IMG/VR virus record: IMGVR_UViG_2718217944_000002
Strand: one strand, 5' to 3'
DNA: 64,000 bases
From: a virus
Shown: piece after piece, positions 37,333 through 46,509 of the stretch
Layout: each line of letters begins with the position of its first letter
How positions within the stretch are numbered: position 1 is the stretch's first letter
The notes under the pieces: generated by a model
The model's input: the letters and a program-made list of their open reading frames with translations, nothing else
What the model was told of the DNA's origin: nothing
Databases searched by the model: none
Translations under genes and position numbers: made by a program

Positions 37333-37731
37333 ATGGAAACAAATACTATTAATCGGCTAGTGACGTGTGATTACTGCGGGAAGCCTGCCGCGCTGGTGAG
37401 GGGCTTTGTTATTTACCCGCATCGGAAGGATTTGGCGAATGGGTATTACTGGTCATGTGATCCATGTGGAGCCTATGTCGGCTGCCATCGAGACAGTAAC
37501 GCAATGCCACTTGGCCGATTGGCGAATGCCCAGCTACGCGCCGCCAAGCGGCTTGCACACGCTGCTTTCGATCCTTTGTGGAAAGAGTTCGGGATGAAGC
37601 GGGCGGACGCGTACCAATGGCTGGCCGAGCAACTCGGCATTCCTGGGGCTGAGTGCCACATCGGCATGTTCGATATCGATATGTGCCGTCGTGTGCAGCG
37701 CGTGGCGACGGAATACAAGAATTCCCTGTAA
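37333..37731 (+). CDS. Zinc-finger protein (DUF3268-like)
   Basis: CDYCG...CDPCGAYVGCH...PLGRLANA...AHAAFDPLW...CHIGMFD. Confidence 0.8.
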   Translation: METNTINRLVTCDYCGKPAALVRGFVIYPHRKDLANGYYWSCDPCGAYVGCHRDSNAMPLGRLANAQLRAAKRLAHAAFDPLWKEFGMKRADAYQWLAEQLGIPGAECHIGMFDIDMCRRVQRVATEYKNSL

Positions 37732-37747
37732 GTACGAGGTATGACCA

Positions 37748-38173
37748 ATGGCTGTAGAAATTAACAAATTAATCAACGAGCGTCGTATTGGCGTCGATGA
37801 TGGGTGCGATTATGGTGCGGTAATCATCGATAACCTGAATGCTGCGGCACGAGCAAGGACGAGAGCGTGCTATCAACCGCCGGTAAGGGCTCCGTTTGTC
37901 AGTCGGCCTCAAGGCGATGACAGCCCTGTGGTGAAGATTGGCAACCGCAATGTATACGGGCGCAAAGTCATCACCGGGATTTATCAGCTCCATCTTTCTG
38001 GCCGCACTCCAGTTCAAATCGCCCGACTGCTGAAGATGCCGTTACACCGGGTAGAGCATCTACTCCGACGGGGAACCAGCGTCCGCCGTGAAATTTTCCG
38101 GAATGTGTCAACCCAGCCGTTGCCGACAGAGGCTGAAATTATGCGCTGCCTGGCGGCTGAGTCGAAGGCGTGA
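37748..38173 (+). CDS. Hypothetical protein with C-terminal HTH-like segment
   Basis: GRTPVQIARLLKMP; starts at the repeated RBS motif. Confidence 0.65.
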   Translation: MAVEINKLINERRIGVDDGCDYGAVIIDNLNAAARARTRACYQPPVRAPFVSRPQGDDSPVVKIGNRNVYGRKVITGIYQLHLSGRTPVQIARLLKMPLHRVEHLLRRGTSVRREIFRNVSTQPLPTEAEIMRCLAAESKA

Positions 38174-38180
38174 GGTGAGC

Positions 38181-39803
38181 ATGAGCGAATTAATTTTAAC
38201 TGAGGAGTTTTTTGCTCCAGCAGCCACCGATCTCGTTGATGGATTATTGGGGCAGTACAAGCATCTGCGCGCTGATATTGAGCAGATGGCGGGCGTAATT
38301 AGCACACATCATGCATCGGTGCATCATTTCCTGGAGGGGAATCAGAACCAAGACCGACGCCATTATATCGGGAGTGTCGACCAACTTTTTAAACTCGAAG
38401 GGGCCATTGCGAGCCTGAACTCTACGTTTTGGCAAAAAGCTCTGAATATGACCGACGTGTACGAATATATGCCAAACAATCGCCGCACAGAATGGAATGA
38501 GCAGATCCGCGAAATGAAAACGCCGGATTTTGAAGAGGAAACGGTGCGGCCAACAATAATGGAACTGCTGAACTCTCGGCAGCAATTTTTCGCTGAACGT
38601 GTAGACGGCATTTTCCGCGCCCTTTCCGGCGATCATGTTACTAACCGACCGGAGGGCTTCGGTAAGCGCATGATCCTCGCACGCGTGTTTAACGAGTACG
38701 GATGGACCAATCACGATGTGAGTGGTTTTATCCAGGATCTCCGGCAGGTCATTGCTAAATTTATGGGCCGGGATGAACCCCGTTGGCGTGTAACCGATGA
38801 CGCGCTCCAGGAGGCCCGTATCCGTCACGGTGAATGGCTGACGATGGACGGTGGCGCATTACGTGTCCGGGCCTATCTGAAAGGAACTGCGCACCTCGAA
38901 GTTCACCCCGAAATGGCCTGGCGGCTAAATTGCATTCTAGCGCACCTGTATCCGATGGCAATTCCTCCTCAGTTCCGCCAGAAACCGAAAAAGAAACTCA
39001 AAGATTTCACTTTGATGGACAAGCCGCTACCGTTCGCCGTTCTGGCGGTGCTTTCGGGTTTGAAAGCTGAGTATCACACCCCGATACGACGCAACAAATG
39101 GGATGATCCTACACCACCACTGACAACCAATCCGTTTAATCGCAGATTCGATTGGCGTGATGAAGATAAGGCAATCCGCGGACAAGCAGGCAAGGTGTTG
39201 GAAATGATCGGCGGCGTACTTATCAAAGCCGGCCCTCATAAAAATATCAACATCTGGGAGTTCGATTACGACCCATCCCGAGTGCTGGGTGAGATCGTTG
39301 CATCTGGCTGTATTCCAGACTATCAGTCGCACCAGTTCTACCCAACCCCCGAATCACTGGCCGAAAGGGCTGTATGTGAGGCCGAAATACAACCTGGCGA
39401 AAAATGCCTGGAGCCGAGTGCTGGCACTGGAAACATTGCGATATTGATGCCGGCAGATCAAACCAGTTGCGTGGAAATATCGACCCTACATTGTCGGGTG
39501 CTGGAAGCCAAAGGATTAACCGTTGAGCAGGCGGATTTTATCAAATGGGCGCAGAGCACCAACAAGCGCTTCGACAAGGTGGTAATGAATCCTCCTTTCA
39601 GCGAGGGGCGTGCCAAAGCACATGTGGAAAGCGCTGCCTCATTGGTAAATCGAGGAGGGCGTTTGGTGGCGATATTGCCCCTAGGTATGAAAGGCAAAGA
39701 AATATTACCCGGTTGGAAAGTTAACTGGTCAGAAGAGATCAGCAACGAATTCGCGGGAACAAGCATTTCAGTAGTTATTTTGACAGCAGAAAGAGAGGTA
39801 TGA
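38181..39803 (+). CDS. DUF4942-domain N6-adenine-type methyltransferase
   Basis: FYPTP, LEPSAGTG and VVMNPPF motifs in the C-terminal domain. Confidence 0.8.
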   Translation: MSELILTEEFFAPAATDLVDGLLGQYKHLRADIEQMAGVISTHHASVHHFLEGNQNQDRRHYIGSVDQLFKLEGAIASLNSTFWQKALNMTDVYEYMPNNRRTEWNEQIREMKTPDFEEETVRPTIMELLNSRQQFFAERVDGIFRALSGDHVTNRPEGFGKRMILARVFNEYGWTNHDVSGFIQDLRQVIAKFMGRDEPRWRVTDDALQEARIRHGEWLTMDGGALRVRAYLKGTAHLEVHPEMAWRLNCILAHLYPMAIPPQFRQKPKKKLKDFTLMDKPLPFAVLAVLSGLKAEYHTPIRRNKWDDPTPPLTTNPFNRRFDWRDEDKAIRGQAGKVLEMIGGVLIKAGPHKNINIWEFDYDPSRVLGEIVASGCIPDYQSHQFYPTPESLAERAVCEAEIQPGEKCLEPSAGTGNIAILMPADQTSCVEISTLHCRVLEAKGLTVEQADFIKWAQSTNKRFDKVVMNPPFSEGRAKAHVESAASLVNRGGRLVAILPLGMKGKEILPGWKVNWSEEISNEFAGTSISVVILTAEREV

Positions 39804-39807
39804 CCAA

Positions 39808-40629
39808 ATGGCAAACTCATTTAACAAAATGATTGACGAGAAAGTAATTAAGCGTGGAAAAACAAGCCTGCTTATACGTCTTGATGATATTCATATCAAA
39901 GAGGGTTTTAATCGTCGTGTTGACAATGAACGTTATCGTGAAGCTAATGAGAAGCTTTACCAATATATGCTCACGGGTGGGAAAATCCCCAACCTTGAGG
40001 TTGTTCCTCGCGATGAAGGTGGTGTGTGGGTTGTTGAGGGGCACCGCAGGACATTAACTTACCATCGTCTTCGTGATGAAGCAGGCAAGCCTGTTGAATG
40101 GATAAAAATAGAGCCGTTCGAAGGTAACGATGTAGACCGTATCGCACGAATTAGAACCAGTAATGAGCAATTGCCGCTTACTGATTACGAAGAGGCACTA
40201 TTGGTCAGAGATTTGCAAAATCTCAATCTTACCGCTGATAAAATTGCCGAGGTTTTACATATCCCTCGCTATAAGGTTGATAATGCATTGGTACTGCTCT
40301 CTGCTAATTATGACGTTCACCAATTAGTAGAAGAGGGCACGGTTGATATTCCATTGGCTGTTGAACGTGTGAAAAAACACGGAGAAAAAGCCGGGGAGCT
40401 TCTCAAGGATGATGTCGCTAAAGCTCAGAAAAAGGGAAAGCCAAAAGCAACAAAATCGACAGCGATCCCGCAGTTCAGCGCTACAAAAAGTCGTAATGCC
40501 GTTAAGATTTTTTCGCAAGCTGAAGTGCGGGAAATTGACGGGCAAACGGCTTATATACTGCCAGAAGGCACCGCGCTTGATGTGCTATTCATTCTTGATG
40601 AATTTCGCCAACAAGGAGCGGGAGAATGA
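39808..40629 (+). CDS. ParB/Srx-like DNA-binding protein
   Basis: IKEGFNRR, VVEGHRR, HTH-like LTADKIAEVL. Confidence 0.7.
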   Translation: MANSFNKMIDEKVIKRGKTSLLIRLDDIHIKEGFNRRVDNERYREANEKLYQYMLTGGKIPNLEVVPRDEGGVWVVEGHRRTLTYHRLRDEAGKPVEWIKIEPFEGNDVDRIARIRTSNEQLPLTDYEEALLVRDLQNLNLTADKIAEVLHIPRYKVDNALVLLSANYDVHQLVEEGTVDIPLAVERVKKHGEKAGELLKDDVAKAQKKGKPKATKSTAIPQFSATKSRNAVKIFSQAEVREIDGQTAYILPEGTALDVLFILDEFRQQGAGE

Positions 40630-40952
40630 GACTCCTTCAATTTTTCAGAAGAAAAACCAAAAAAACGCCGGTGAAACACAATTACACCAAGATGTTCTGG
40701 GGGCACGCAATACAGGGGCTTTCTGACAATTTCAACATCAAAAGGAAATTCAGTGTTACCGGTCATGGGCCTATCAGCCTTCCATTTGGGCCGGCGATTT
40801 CAGCTGGTGACTTCATCCTGGTCTCATCAAATGAGGGGGTAGTAATCCGGCTTAAGGTGATTAAGGCCGAATATTTTAGAAATCCGTCGGATATGTTTTC
40901 CGCAACTCTAAAATTTGATGGCGTTGAGAATCAGGAGGTTTTCCATGGTTAA
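40626..40952 (+). CDS. Hypothetical protein
   Basis: 108-aa ORF with ATGA coupling. Confidence 0.65.
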   Translation: MRLLQFFRRKTKKTPVKHNYTKMFWGHAIQGLSDNFNIKRKFSVTGHGPISLPFGPAISAGDFILVSSNEGVVIRLKVIKAEYFRNPSDMFSATLKFDGVENQEVFHG

Positions 40953-41175
40953 ACCTGTCGTAAGAACGAAAACTGGCGCAAAGGTAACGCTCACTCTTGA
41001 GCTGACAAACCTCGGCTCGTGGGGGCCTGAATGCCAAATTAACCAGGTATACAAACAAGCACTGGATCAAGCCGCCGGTAAGCTGGGGCGGCTTTTAAAT
41101 GGGCAGTCTGATATTCGGATTGTCGGCCGGCCGGTAGTTCAGGCTATCACAACAGATGTTGAGGTGAAATCGTGA
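40945..41175 (+). CDS. Hypothetical protein
   Basis: AGGAGG SD; overlapping neighbours. Confidence 0.7.
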   Translation: MVKPVVRTKTGAKVTLTLELTNLGSWGPECQINQVYKQALDQAAGKLGRLLNGQSDIRIVGRPVVQAITTDVEVKS

Positions 41176-41402
41176 AAAATTCACTCGCTGACCTGGTTAA
41201 TCACCAGTTCATGATGCTTGAAAGGTTGGGCGACTTGTCGCTGAAAGGTGAAGAATTGGCGGAAGAGATCACTCGCGCTAAGGCAGTATCGGAAGTGGCC
41301 GGTACAATGATCCAAACCTACCGTGTCGCGCTGGATGCGCAGAAAGCCGTTTATGACGGTTACGCTGGGCGGGTGCCGAAAGTATTGGGGATAGAGGAAT
41401 GA
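41172..41402 (+). CDS. Small helical protein paired with HNH
   Basis: MKNSLADLVNHQFMMLERL...EEITRAKAV. Confidence 0.75.
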   Translation: MKNSLADLVNHQFMMLERLGDLSLKGEELAEEITRAKAVSEVAGTMIQTYRVALDAQKAVYDGYAGRVPKVLGIEE

Positions 41403-42049
41403 GTCAAAAATATACTGACGCGCAAAACTTATTTCTGGAAACTCATTGCAAAGGGAAAACATTTCGCGAAATTACCGATTTATTCAACTACGAATTTGGA
41501 ACAAAGAAAAGACAAGGCACGATGAGGGAGGTGTTACGTCAGCGTGGGTTAGATCGGTATGTTGCAAAACAATTTCATTATAACGAACAGCAATTAACTT
41601 ACCTTTTTGCCAATAGAGCGGTTGGATGGAAAAAATTGACGCAGATGTTTAATGAGCGGTTTGGTGATAAAAAAACCGTAGACGCCATCAAGAAAACAAT
41701 GGCTGGCAGAGGATGGAATCAAAAATGCAGACATGGAACGGGTAAAGGGCTGAAATATATCTACGCAAACGGTAAGCGAATGCGCCTCGATGTTTACGTA
41801 TGGGAGTGCGTCAACGGGCCACTTCCTACAGGTTACGGAGTTATTCATTTGGATAATGATGTGCAAAATAACCAGATTGATAATCTCCGCCTTGCACCGT
41901 TGCACATCAAATCGATGTTCGTACGAGCAGGTTATTCCGATGCACCGAAAGTCTTGGCACCAGGGCTATACGCAACAGTAATGTTGAAGGACCTGATTGG
42001 GCAAATTGAAAGGAAACGATCAGGACAGGAGGGAGGCCGTGGAAAATAA
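41399..42049 (+). CDS. HNH-endonuclease-like protein
   Basis: VWECVNGPLPTGYGVIHLDNDVQNNQIDNL; two N-terminal HTH-like repeats. Confidence 0.75.
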   Translation: MSQKYTDAQNLFLETHCKGKTFREITDLFNYEFGTKKRQGTMREVLRQRGLDRYVAKQFHYNEQQLTYLFANRAVGWKKLTQMFNERFGDKKTVDAIKKTMAGRGWNQKCRHGTGKGLKYIYANGKRMRLDVYVWECVNGPLPTGYGVIHLDNDVQNNQIDNLRLAPLHIKSMFVRAGYSDAPKVLAPGLYATVMLKDLIGQIERKRSGQEGGRGK

Positions 42050-42147
42050 TCTGAGCAAGTCAGTGGCGTATGTTCGCCTGGTTGATGCTGAAATTGATTT
42101 CTGACTGATGAATTGAGCTTTTCATCCTCCCCATGAGTAGTTATGTC

Positions 42148-42174
42148 AAAAACCCGCAAACATGCGGGTTTTTT
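42148..42174. terminator. Bidirectional intrinsic terminator
   Basis: AAAAA-CCCGC-N6-GCGGG-TTTTTT. Confidence 0.8.
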
Positions 42175-42367
42175 GTTATAAATCAGATGAGTATAACAAT
42201 AAACCATAGTTACTATGTGCTATCGATCGGTTTAAACGATCGAAGTGCCTGTATTGATCTATGCGACCTATTAGACAAAGCCGGTCCAGCGGCTTTACTG
42301 AAACATGGGAGTCCGTATATCCATGGTGTTTCGCCTCGACAGTGATTCTAACTTATTGAGGTGAAAT

Positions 42368-42577
42368 ATGATTTCTGAATGCCCGTTGTTTGATGTGCTT
42401 CGTGGTAGTTGCAGGTTTCGCGTTGAGGCTATTGAGGTCGATGGCATTATCATCAGGGAGATTGATACGGGGAGATGCTTCACGTTAAGTCCTGAGGTGT
42501 CGCGGCTCTCGCAAGTTGATCTGTGCGAGATTGCAGCGCAGGCGGGGTTAAATCTGGGTCTACATCAGGTCAAATGA
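42368..42577 (+). CDS. Hypothetical protein
   Basis: GAGGTG SD; 69 aa. Confidence 0.6.
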   Translation: MISECPLFDVLRGSCRFRVEAIEVDGIIIREIDTGRCFTLSPEVSRLSQVDLCEIAAQAGLNLGLHQVK

Positions 42578-42642
42578 TGTTATAATTAGTCATCCAGTCT
42601 GAACAACTGGAACCTGAGCACTGCGCCATACCGGAGACGATC

Positions 42643-43242
42643 ATGGCGCAGTTAATACAGTTAGTAAAATCCGCACCAACAATCCTGACCCCGGCAACGA
42701 TCGAGGCCAGCGATTTCGTGCAACGTGTGAAACTCGGTGAATGGATACAGGCTGAGTTTCGCCGTGTCCGTAACTACCAATACCACAAGCGTTTTTTCAA
42801 ACTTCTGCAATTTGGTTTCGACTACTGGACGCCAACCGGTGGCGCATTGACGCTCCCTGAGCGCGAGCTTATCGATGGCTTCGTTGGGTATCTCGTTGAG
42901 ATGTCAGGCCAGCAGCATGGCGAGGTTATTACTGCCGTTGCCGATGAATACTTGCTTAAGGTCGGCCAGCTTCGCACCCAAGAAATCGCGTTACTCAAAT
43001 CATTTGAGCCTTACAGGGCCTGGGCAACCGTCGAGGCAGGTTACTACTATGAGGTAGTGCTCCCCAATGGACTACGCCAGCGCATTCCTCAATCAATATC
43101 ATTTTCAAAAATGGATGAGGATACATTCCAGAGCCTTTATAAAGCGGTGTTCAATGTGCTGTGGAATTTCATTTTATTCAGGAAATTTAATTCACAGCGA
43201 GAAGCAGAAAACGTCGCAATGCAGTTACTGGAGTTCGCATGA
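42643..43242 (+). CDS. DUF1367-family protein
   Basis: RRVRNYQYHKRFF, PQSISFSKMDEDTF..LYKAVFNVLW. Confidence 0.85.
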   Translation: MAQLIQLVKSAPTILTPATIEASDFVQRVKLGEWIQAEFRRVRNYQYHKRFFKLLQFGFDYWTPTGGALTLPERELIDGFVGYLVEMSGQQHGEVITAVADEYLLKVGQLRTQEIALLKSFEPYRAWATVEAGYYYEVVLPNGLRQRIPQSISFSKMDEDTFQSLYKAVFNVLWNFILFRKFNSQREAENVAMQLLEFA

Positions 43243-43535
43243 GAAAGGAAGATCGCGAACATCTCCAGCGTGTAGCAGAACTCGGTTGTGTCGTTTGCCG
43301 TAATCTCGGATATGGCAGTTCGCCGGCAGAAATACATCATTTGAGAAAAGGGTGCGGGATTGGGCAGCGCTCTTCACACAAGCGAGCCATTCCATTATGC
43401 CCTCCGCACCATCGGACCGGTGGCTATGGTGTTGCTATTCATGCTGGGCAAAAAAAGTGGGAAGGGATTTATGGCACAGAAGAAAGCCTATTAGCGCAAA
43501 TTGAATCCGAATTACGCGGGGAGTTTTTTGCATGA
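43239..43535 (+). CDS. Ref-like (recombination enhancement) nuclease
   Basis: LGCVVC...AEIHH...IPLCPPHHR...IHAG. Confidence 0.75.
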   Translation: MRKEDREHLQRVAELGCVVCRNLGYGSSPAEIHHLRKGCGIGQRSSHKRAIPLCPPHHRTGGYGVAIHAGQKKWEGIYGTEESLLAQIESELRGEFFA

Positions 43536-44221
43536 ATGCACAGCAGCTGGAATTTATACGCTTAGAGTTAACTCGTGCCTTATTGGATGATTCAGGGGGT
43601 ACTAAAGGACAGCTAGAGGCATTTAGCGAGCATCCTCCTGCTGATAACAAAAGCTACCCCCGACAACACATCCATAAAGTTGAGCTGGAGGGCGAACGTT
43701 GGGTTAATACCGATAACTCCGCCGTATATGTGTTGGAAACACGTAGCCGGCGACGTCCTATGCCGCCGATGAAAGAACATACATTTGCAACCTGCTCCTG
43801 GCGGCGAGCGGTTATGATGCTGGATGAATACCAGCAGGCGTGGGTCAGGTATTGTTACGGGTATGATCTGAGTTTCAGATACCAAATTGCGATATGTGAA
43901 TATATTTGGAAGGGTTATGAAGCTGAGCTTGCAGATAAGAATATCCAGCGCCGCGTGAAAAACAAACTGGTGTCATTGGTTTGGCTTGCTGTCCAGGATG
44001 TAGCCGCAAAAAACAGCAACGAGTCATATCGGGAATATGCCGGTTCGGCATTGGCTAACCTTATGAGCATCACTCGGCAGACATGGGGTGAGTGTTACGC
44101 CAGGCATTGGCATGAATTAAAGGAGAGGGCAATGGCGTTAGATCTTACAGCGCTGCAAGCGACTCTAATCCGCCATGAGCAGGTTAATACACAGCGGATA
44201 TTGCAAAACCTGACAGAATAG
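43532..44221 (+). CDS. Q: Late antiterminator Q
   Basis: TKGQLEAF, CSWRRAV...WVRYCYG; same family as 2374-3039. Confidence 0.85.
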   Translation: MNAQQLEFIRLELTRALLDDSGGTKGQLEAFSEHPPADNKSYPRQHIHKVELEGERWVNTDNSAVYVLETRSRRRPMPPMKEHTFATCSWRRAVMMLDEYQQAWVRYCYGYDLSFRYQIAICEYIWKGYEAELADKNIQRRVKNKLVSLVWLAVQDVAAKNSNESYREYAGSALANLMSITRQTWGECYARHWHELKERAMALDLTALQATLIRHEQVNTQRILQNLTE

Positions 44222-44229
44222 GCTAAATT
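44201..44229 (+). promoter_or_regulatory. Late promoter pR'
   Basis: TTGCAA-N17-TAAATT overlapping the end of Q. Confidence 0.65.
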
Positions 44230-44260
44230 TAAGTTCAATTTGATATTTTGCCGAAATTAT

Positions 44261-44287
44261 AAAAACCCGCCACTAGAGCGGGTTTTT
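44261..44287 (+). terminator. tR'-like terminator
   Basis: AAAAA-CCCGC-N7-GCGGG-TTTTT. Confidence 0.75.
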
Positions 44288-44306
44288 GCATGTATGGTGC
44301 CTAAAA

Positions 44307-44582
44307 ATGTCGAAACGTATTACTGAGAGTCTCGTCTTCAGGCCGGCGAGTGAACTACCGACCGCCGACCTCGATGGTAAGAGTGTGCTGGTGCTCAATC
44401 CCTGTGATGGGTGGCACGAGGGGCATATACGGGCATTCGAAGAAGACGGCGAGGTTTACCACATTGGGATTCACACCTGGCTGATGGAAGAAATGACCCC
44501 GCATGACTTCTACGTCGCCTGGGCTCTGTTGCCTGACGGTATCGCGTTAAGCGCGAAGTTCGAGTCAGAGAAGTACCGTTGA
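44307..44582 (+). CDS. Hypothetical acidic protein
   Basis: 91-aa ORF between tR' and tRNAs. Confidence 0.65.
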   Translation: MSKRITESLVFRPASELPTADLDGKSVLVLNPCDGWHEGHIRAFEEDGEVYHIGIHTWLMEEMTPHDFYVAWALLPDGIALSAKFESEKYR

Positions 44583-44644
44583 TATGTAAAGAAATATCAA
44601 TGGGTGTTGTGTGGTTATGCTGACTGCATTAGTATTCGCGCCTC

Positions 44645-44721
44645 GGCCCTTTAGCTCAGTTGGTTAGAGCGCGCGACTCATAATCGCTCGGTCGCTGGTT
44701 CAAGCCCAGCAAGGGCCACCA
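44645..44721 (+). tRNA. tRNA with CAT anticodon (Ile2/ileZ-like)
   Basis: Full cloverleaf GGCCCTT...AAGGGCC-A-CCA, loop CTCATAA. Confidence 0.92.
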
Positions 44722-44723
44722 AA

Positions 44724-44798
44724 CCGCCATTAGCTCAGCAGGAAGAGCAACGACCATTAAGTTGTAGGTACGGGGTTCGAGGCCTCGATGGCGGACCA
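44724..44798 (+). tRNA. tRNA-like gene with a 6-nt anticodon loop (probable pseudo-tRNA)
   Basis: CCGCCAT/ATGGCGG acceptor, D and T arms, CCA end; ACGAC/GTTGT stem encloses only CATTAA. Confidence 0.7.
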
Positions 44799-44800
44799 AT

Positions 44801-44875
<75 letters not shown>

Positions 44876-45000
44876 AACATGACGCCGTAATGCAGGTTGC
44901 ATTTTTTGTTCAGACGCCACCACCTGAACAGCGGACAGCAAAGTGCAACCTATGTTGTAGTGTTGAATTGACAGCCGGGAAAGACCGGCACCTATTTCGA

Positions 45001-45131
45001 ACCCTGGCATTCGCCGGGGTTTTCGCGTTTTGGTGGATCAGATTTCGGCTGTTGGTGGCCTTGTGATCTACTGGCGACAATTACAAAGCGTGAGTTCGCG
45101 TCAATTACAGGCTGCCATTTGGCGGCCTTTT
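45001..45131 (+). ncRNA. Second copy of the pre-holin structured element
   Basis: Homologous to 3363-3505; substitutions keep stem pairing. Confidence 0.4.
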
Positions 45132-45178
45132 TCGTTTTACAACCCGATGAACGGGCTAAGCCCCGGCGAGGGGGAAGG

Positions 45179-45442
45179 ATGAAATCCATGCCGGAAAAAA
45201 TAGCAGATAGCGCCACGCATGGCGGCTGGTTGGTTGGCCTGCTGCTCGGGGCAATAAATTATTTCTCGCCCAGTGAGTGGATGGTGATTGGTATTTTCGT
45301 CGGCATCCTCAGCTCTGTCATCGGGTGCGTTGTGGGTATTTGGTTCCGATGCCGGCGAGAAAGGTTGCTGAAAATGTACCTCATTGATCGCTCACACAAG
45401 AACATCAGCGCGCGGGACGTTGACCTGATAGGGGGCGAGTAG
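45179..45442 (+). CDS. Pinholin-like holin with MKSM dual start
   Basis: Met-Lys-Ser-Met start as in phage 21 S; FSPSEWMVIG. Confidence 0.85.
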   Translation: MKSMPEKIADSATHGGWLVGLLLGAINYFSPSEWMVIGIFVGILSSVIGCVVGIWFRCRRERLLKMYLIDRSHKNISARDVDLIGGE

Positions 45443-45972
45443 TGGCTTCGATAAAAACCAAACTTAGCGCCGCTATGCTGGCGCTGATCGCTGCCGGCGC
45501 ATCGGCCCCGGTGATGATGGCGCAGTTTCAAGATGAAAAAGAAGGCCAACGCCTGACTGCATACCAGGACGGTGTCGGCATCTGGACAATTTGCGGCGGT
45601 GTGACGATGGTCAACGGCCAAAAGGTCTTTAAGGGCCAGCGCCTGACCGCTGAGCAGTGCAAGCAGATTGATGCAGTCGAGCAGAAAAAGGCGCTCGATT
45701 GGGTGGATCGCAACGTTAAGGTAACGCTGACCGAACCGCAAAAAGTCGGTATTGCCTCGTTCTGTCCGTGGAATATCGGCCCTGCTAAGTGCTTCACATC
45801 CACCTTTTACAAAAAGCTGAACGCCGGCGACCGCATTGGTGCCTGCCGCGAAATTCGTCGCTGGATATACGACCGTGGCCGAGATTGCCGCATCCGCTCG
45901 AATAACTGCTACGGGCAGATCGTACGGCGCGATCAGGAGGCCGAACTGGCTTGCTGGGGATTGGACAAATGA
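45442..45972 (+). CDS. SAR endolysin (GH24)
   Basis: 163/176 aa identical to the prophage 1 endolysin by manual count. Confidence 0.95.
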   Translation: MASIKTKLSAAMLALIAAGASAPVMMAQFQDEKEGQRLTAYQDGVGIWTICGGVTMVNGQKVFKGQRLTAEQCKQIDAVEQKKALDWVDRNVKVTLTEPQKVGIASFCPWNIGPAKCFTSTFYKKLNAGDRIGACREIRRWIYDRGRDCRIRSNNCYGQIVRRDQEAELACWGLDK

Positions 45973-46355
45973 GCGCCTGGCTCTCAAAACTGGCCGGCGG
46001 GGGAATGCTGCTCCTGCTGCTGGCGTCAATTTGCCTCGGCGGTTACAGCTCACTGTTGTCGCACCGGTTGGCGCTGGCACGCCAGCAGGTTGCAGAGCAG
46101 AAAAAGACGCTGGCGCAGCAGGCAGGGCTGATCACCACACTGCGCGCGGATGACGCCCGTAATCGCGCAATGATGGCAGAACAGCAACGGAGAGAGCAGC
46201 AGCTGCGCCAGCGGGGCGAAATCTACCAGAGGAAGTATGAGGATGCCATTAAAAACGACGAGTGTGCTCGCCGCGGTGCTCCTGTCGCTGTGCTTGACCT
46301 CTTGCGCGGAAAGGATACCGGCTCCACCGGAGCCAATCGTTCTGTTGCCCCCTGA
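45969..46355 (+). CDS. Rz: i-spanin
   Basis: N-terminal TM helix plus coiled coil. Confidence 0.85.
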   Translation: MSAWLSKLAGGGMLLLLLASICLGGYSSLLSHRLALARQQVAEQKKTLAQQAGLITTLRADDARNRAMMAEQQRREQQLRQRGEIYQRKYEDAIKNDECARRGAPVAVLDLLRGKDTGSTGANRSVAP

Positions 46356-46509
46356 GTCCGTATTCAAGCCTTGCGAGGTGCCAGCGTTACAAGGCGACAC
46401 CTGGGGCGACATTGGCAGTCATGCGCTGGCGCTCCAAACGGCATTATCAATATGCGCCGGTCAGGTAGCCACGCTTATTCAATGGCGGAAGGCCGTCGGG
46501 AGAAAATAA
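46237..46509 (+). CDS. Rz1: o-spanin lipoprotein (overlapped type)
   Basis: Lipobox LTSC, Pro-rich linker, C-terminal helix. Confidence 0.85.
   Translation: MRMPLKTTSVLAAVLLSLCLTSCAERIPAPPEPIVLLPPESVFKPCEVPALQGDTWGDIGSHALALQTALSICAGQVATLIQWRKAVGRK

Larger units (their letters stand above)
29858..39810. repeat. Dispersed 16-nt motif CGAGGTATGACCAATG at gene starts
   Basis: Minus strand at 29858, 32545 (1 mismatch), 32880, 34211, 34568; plus strand at 36114, 37735; variant AGAGGTATGACCAAATG at 39794. Confidence 0.9.

Noticed and set aside
34611-42624. Shared 13-mer ACCTGAGCACTGC at 34611 and 42612 as a possible antisense pair
   Set aside because: Dozens of chance 13-mer matches are expected in 64 kb; no further homology
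42200-42642. LexA (SOS) box upstream of the DUF1367 operon
   Set aside because: No CTG-N10-CAG match with an AT-rich core found by eye
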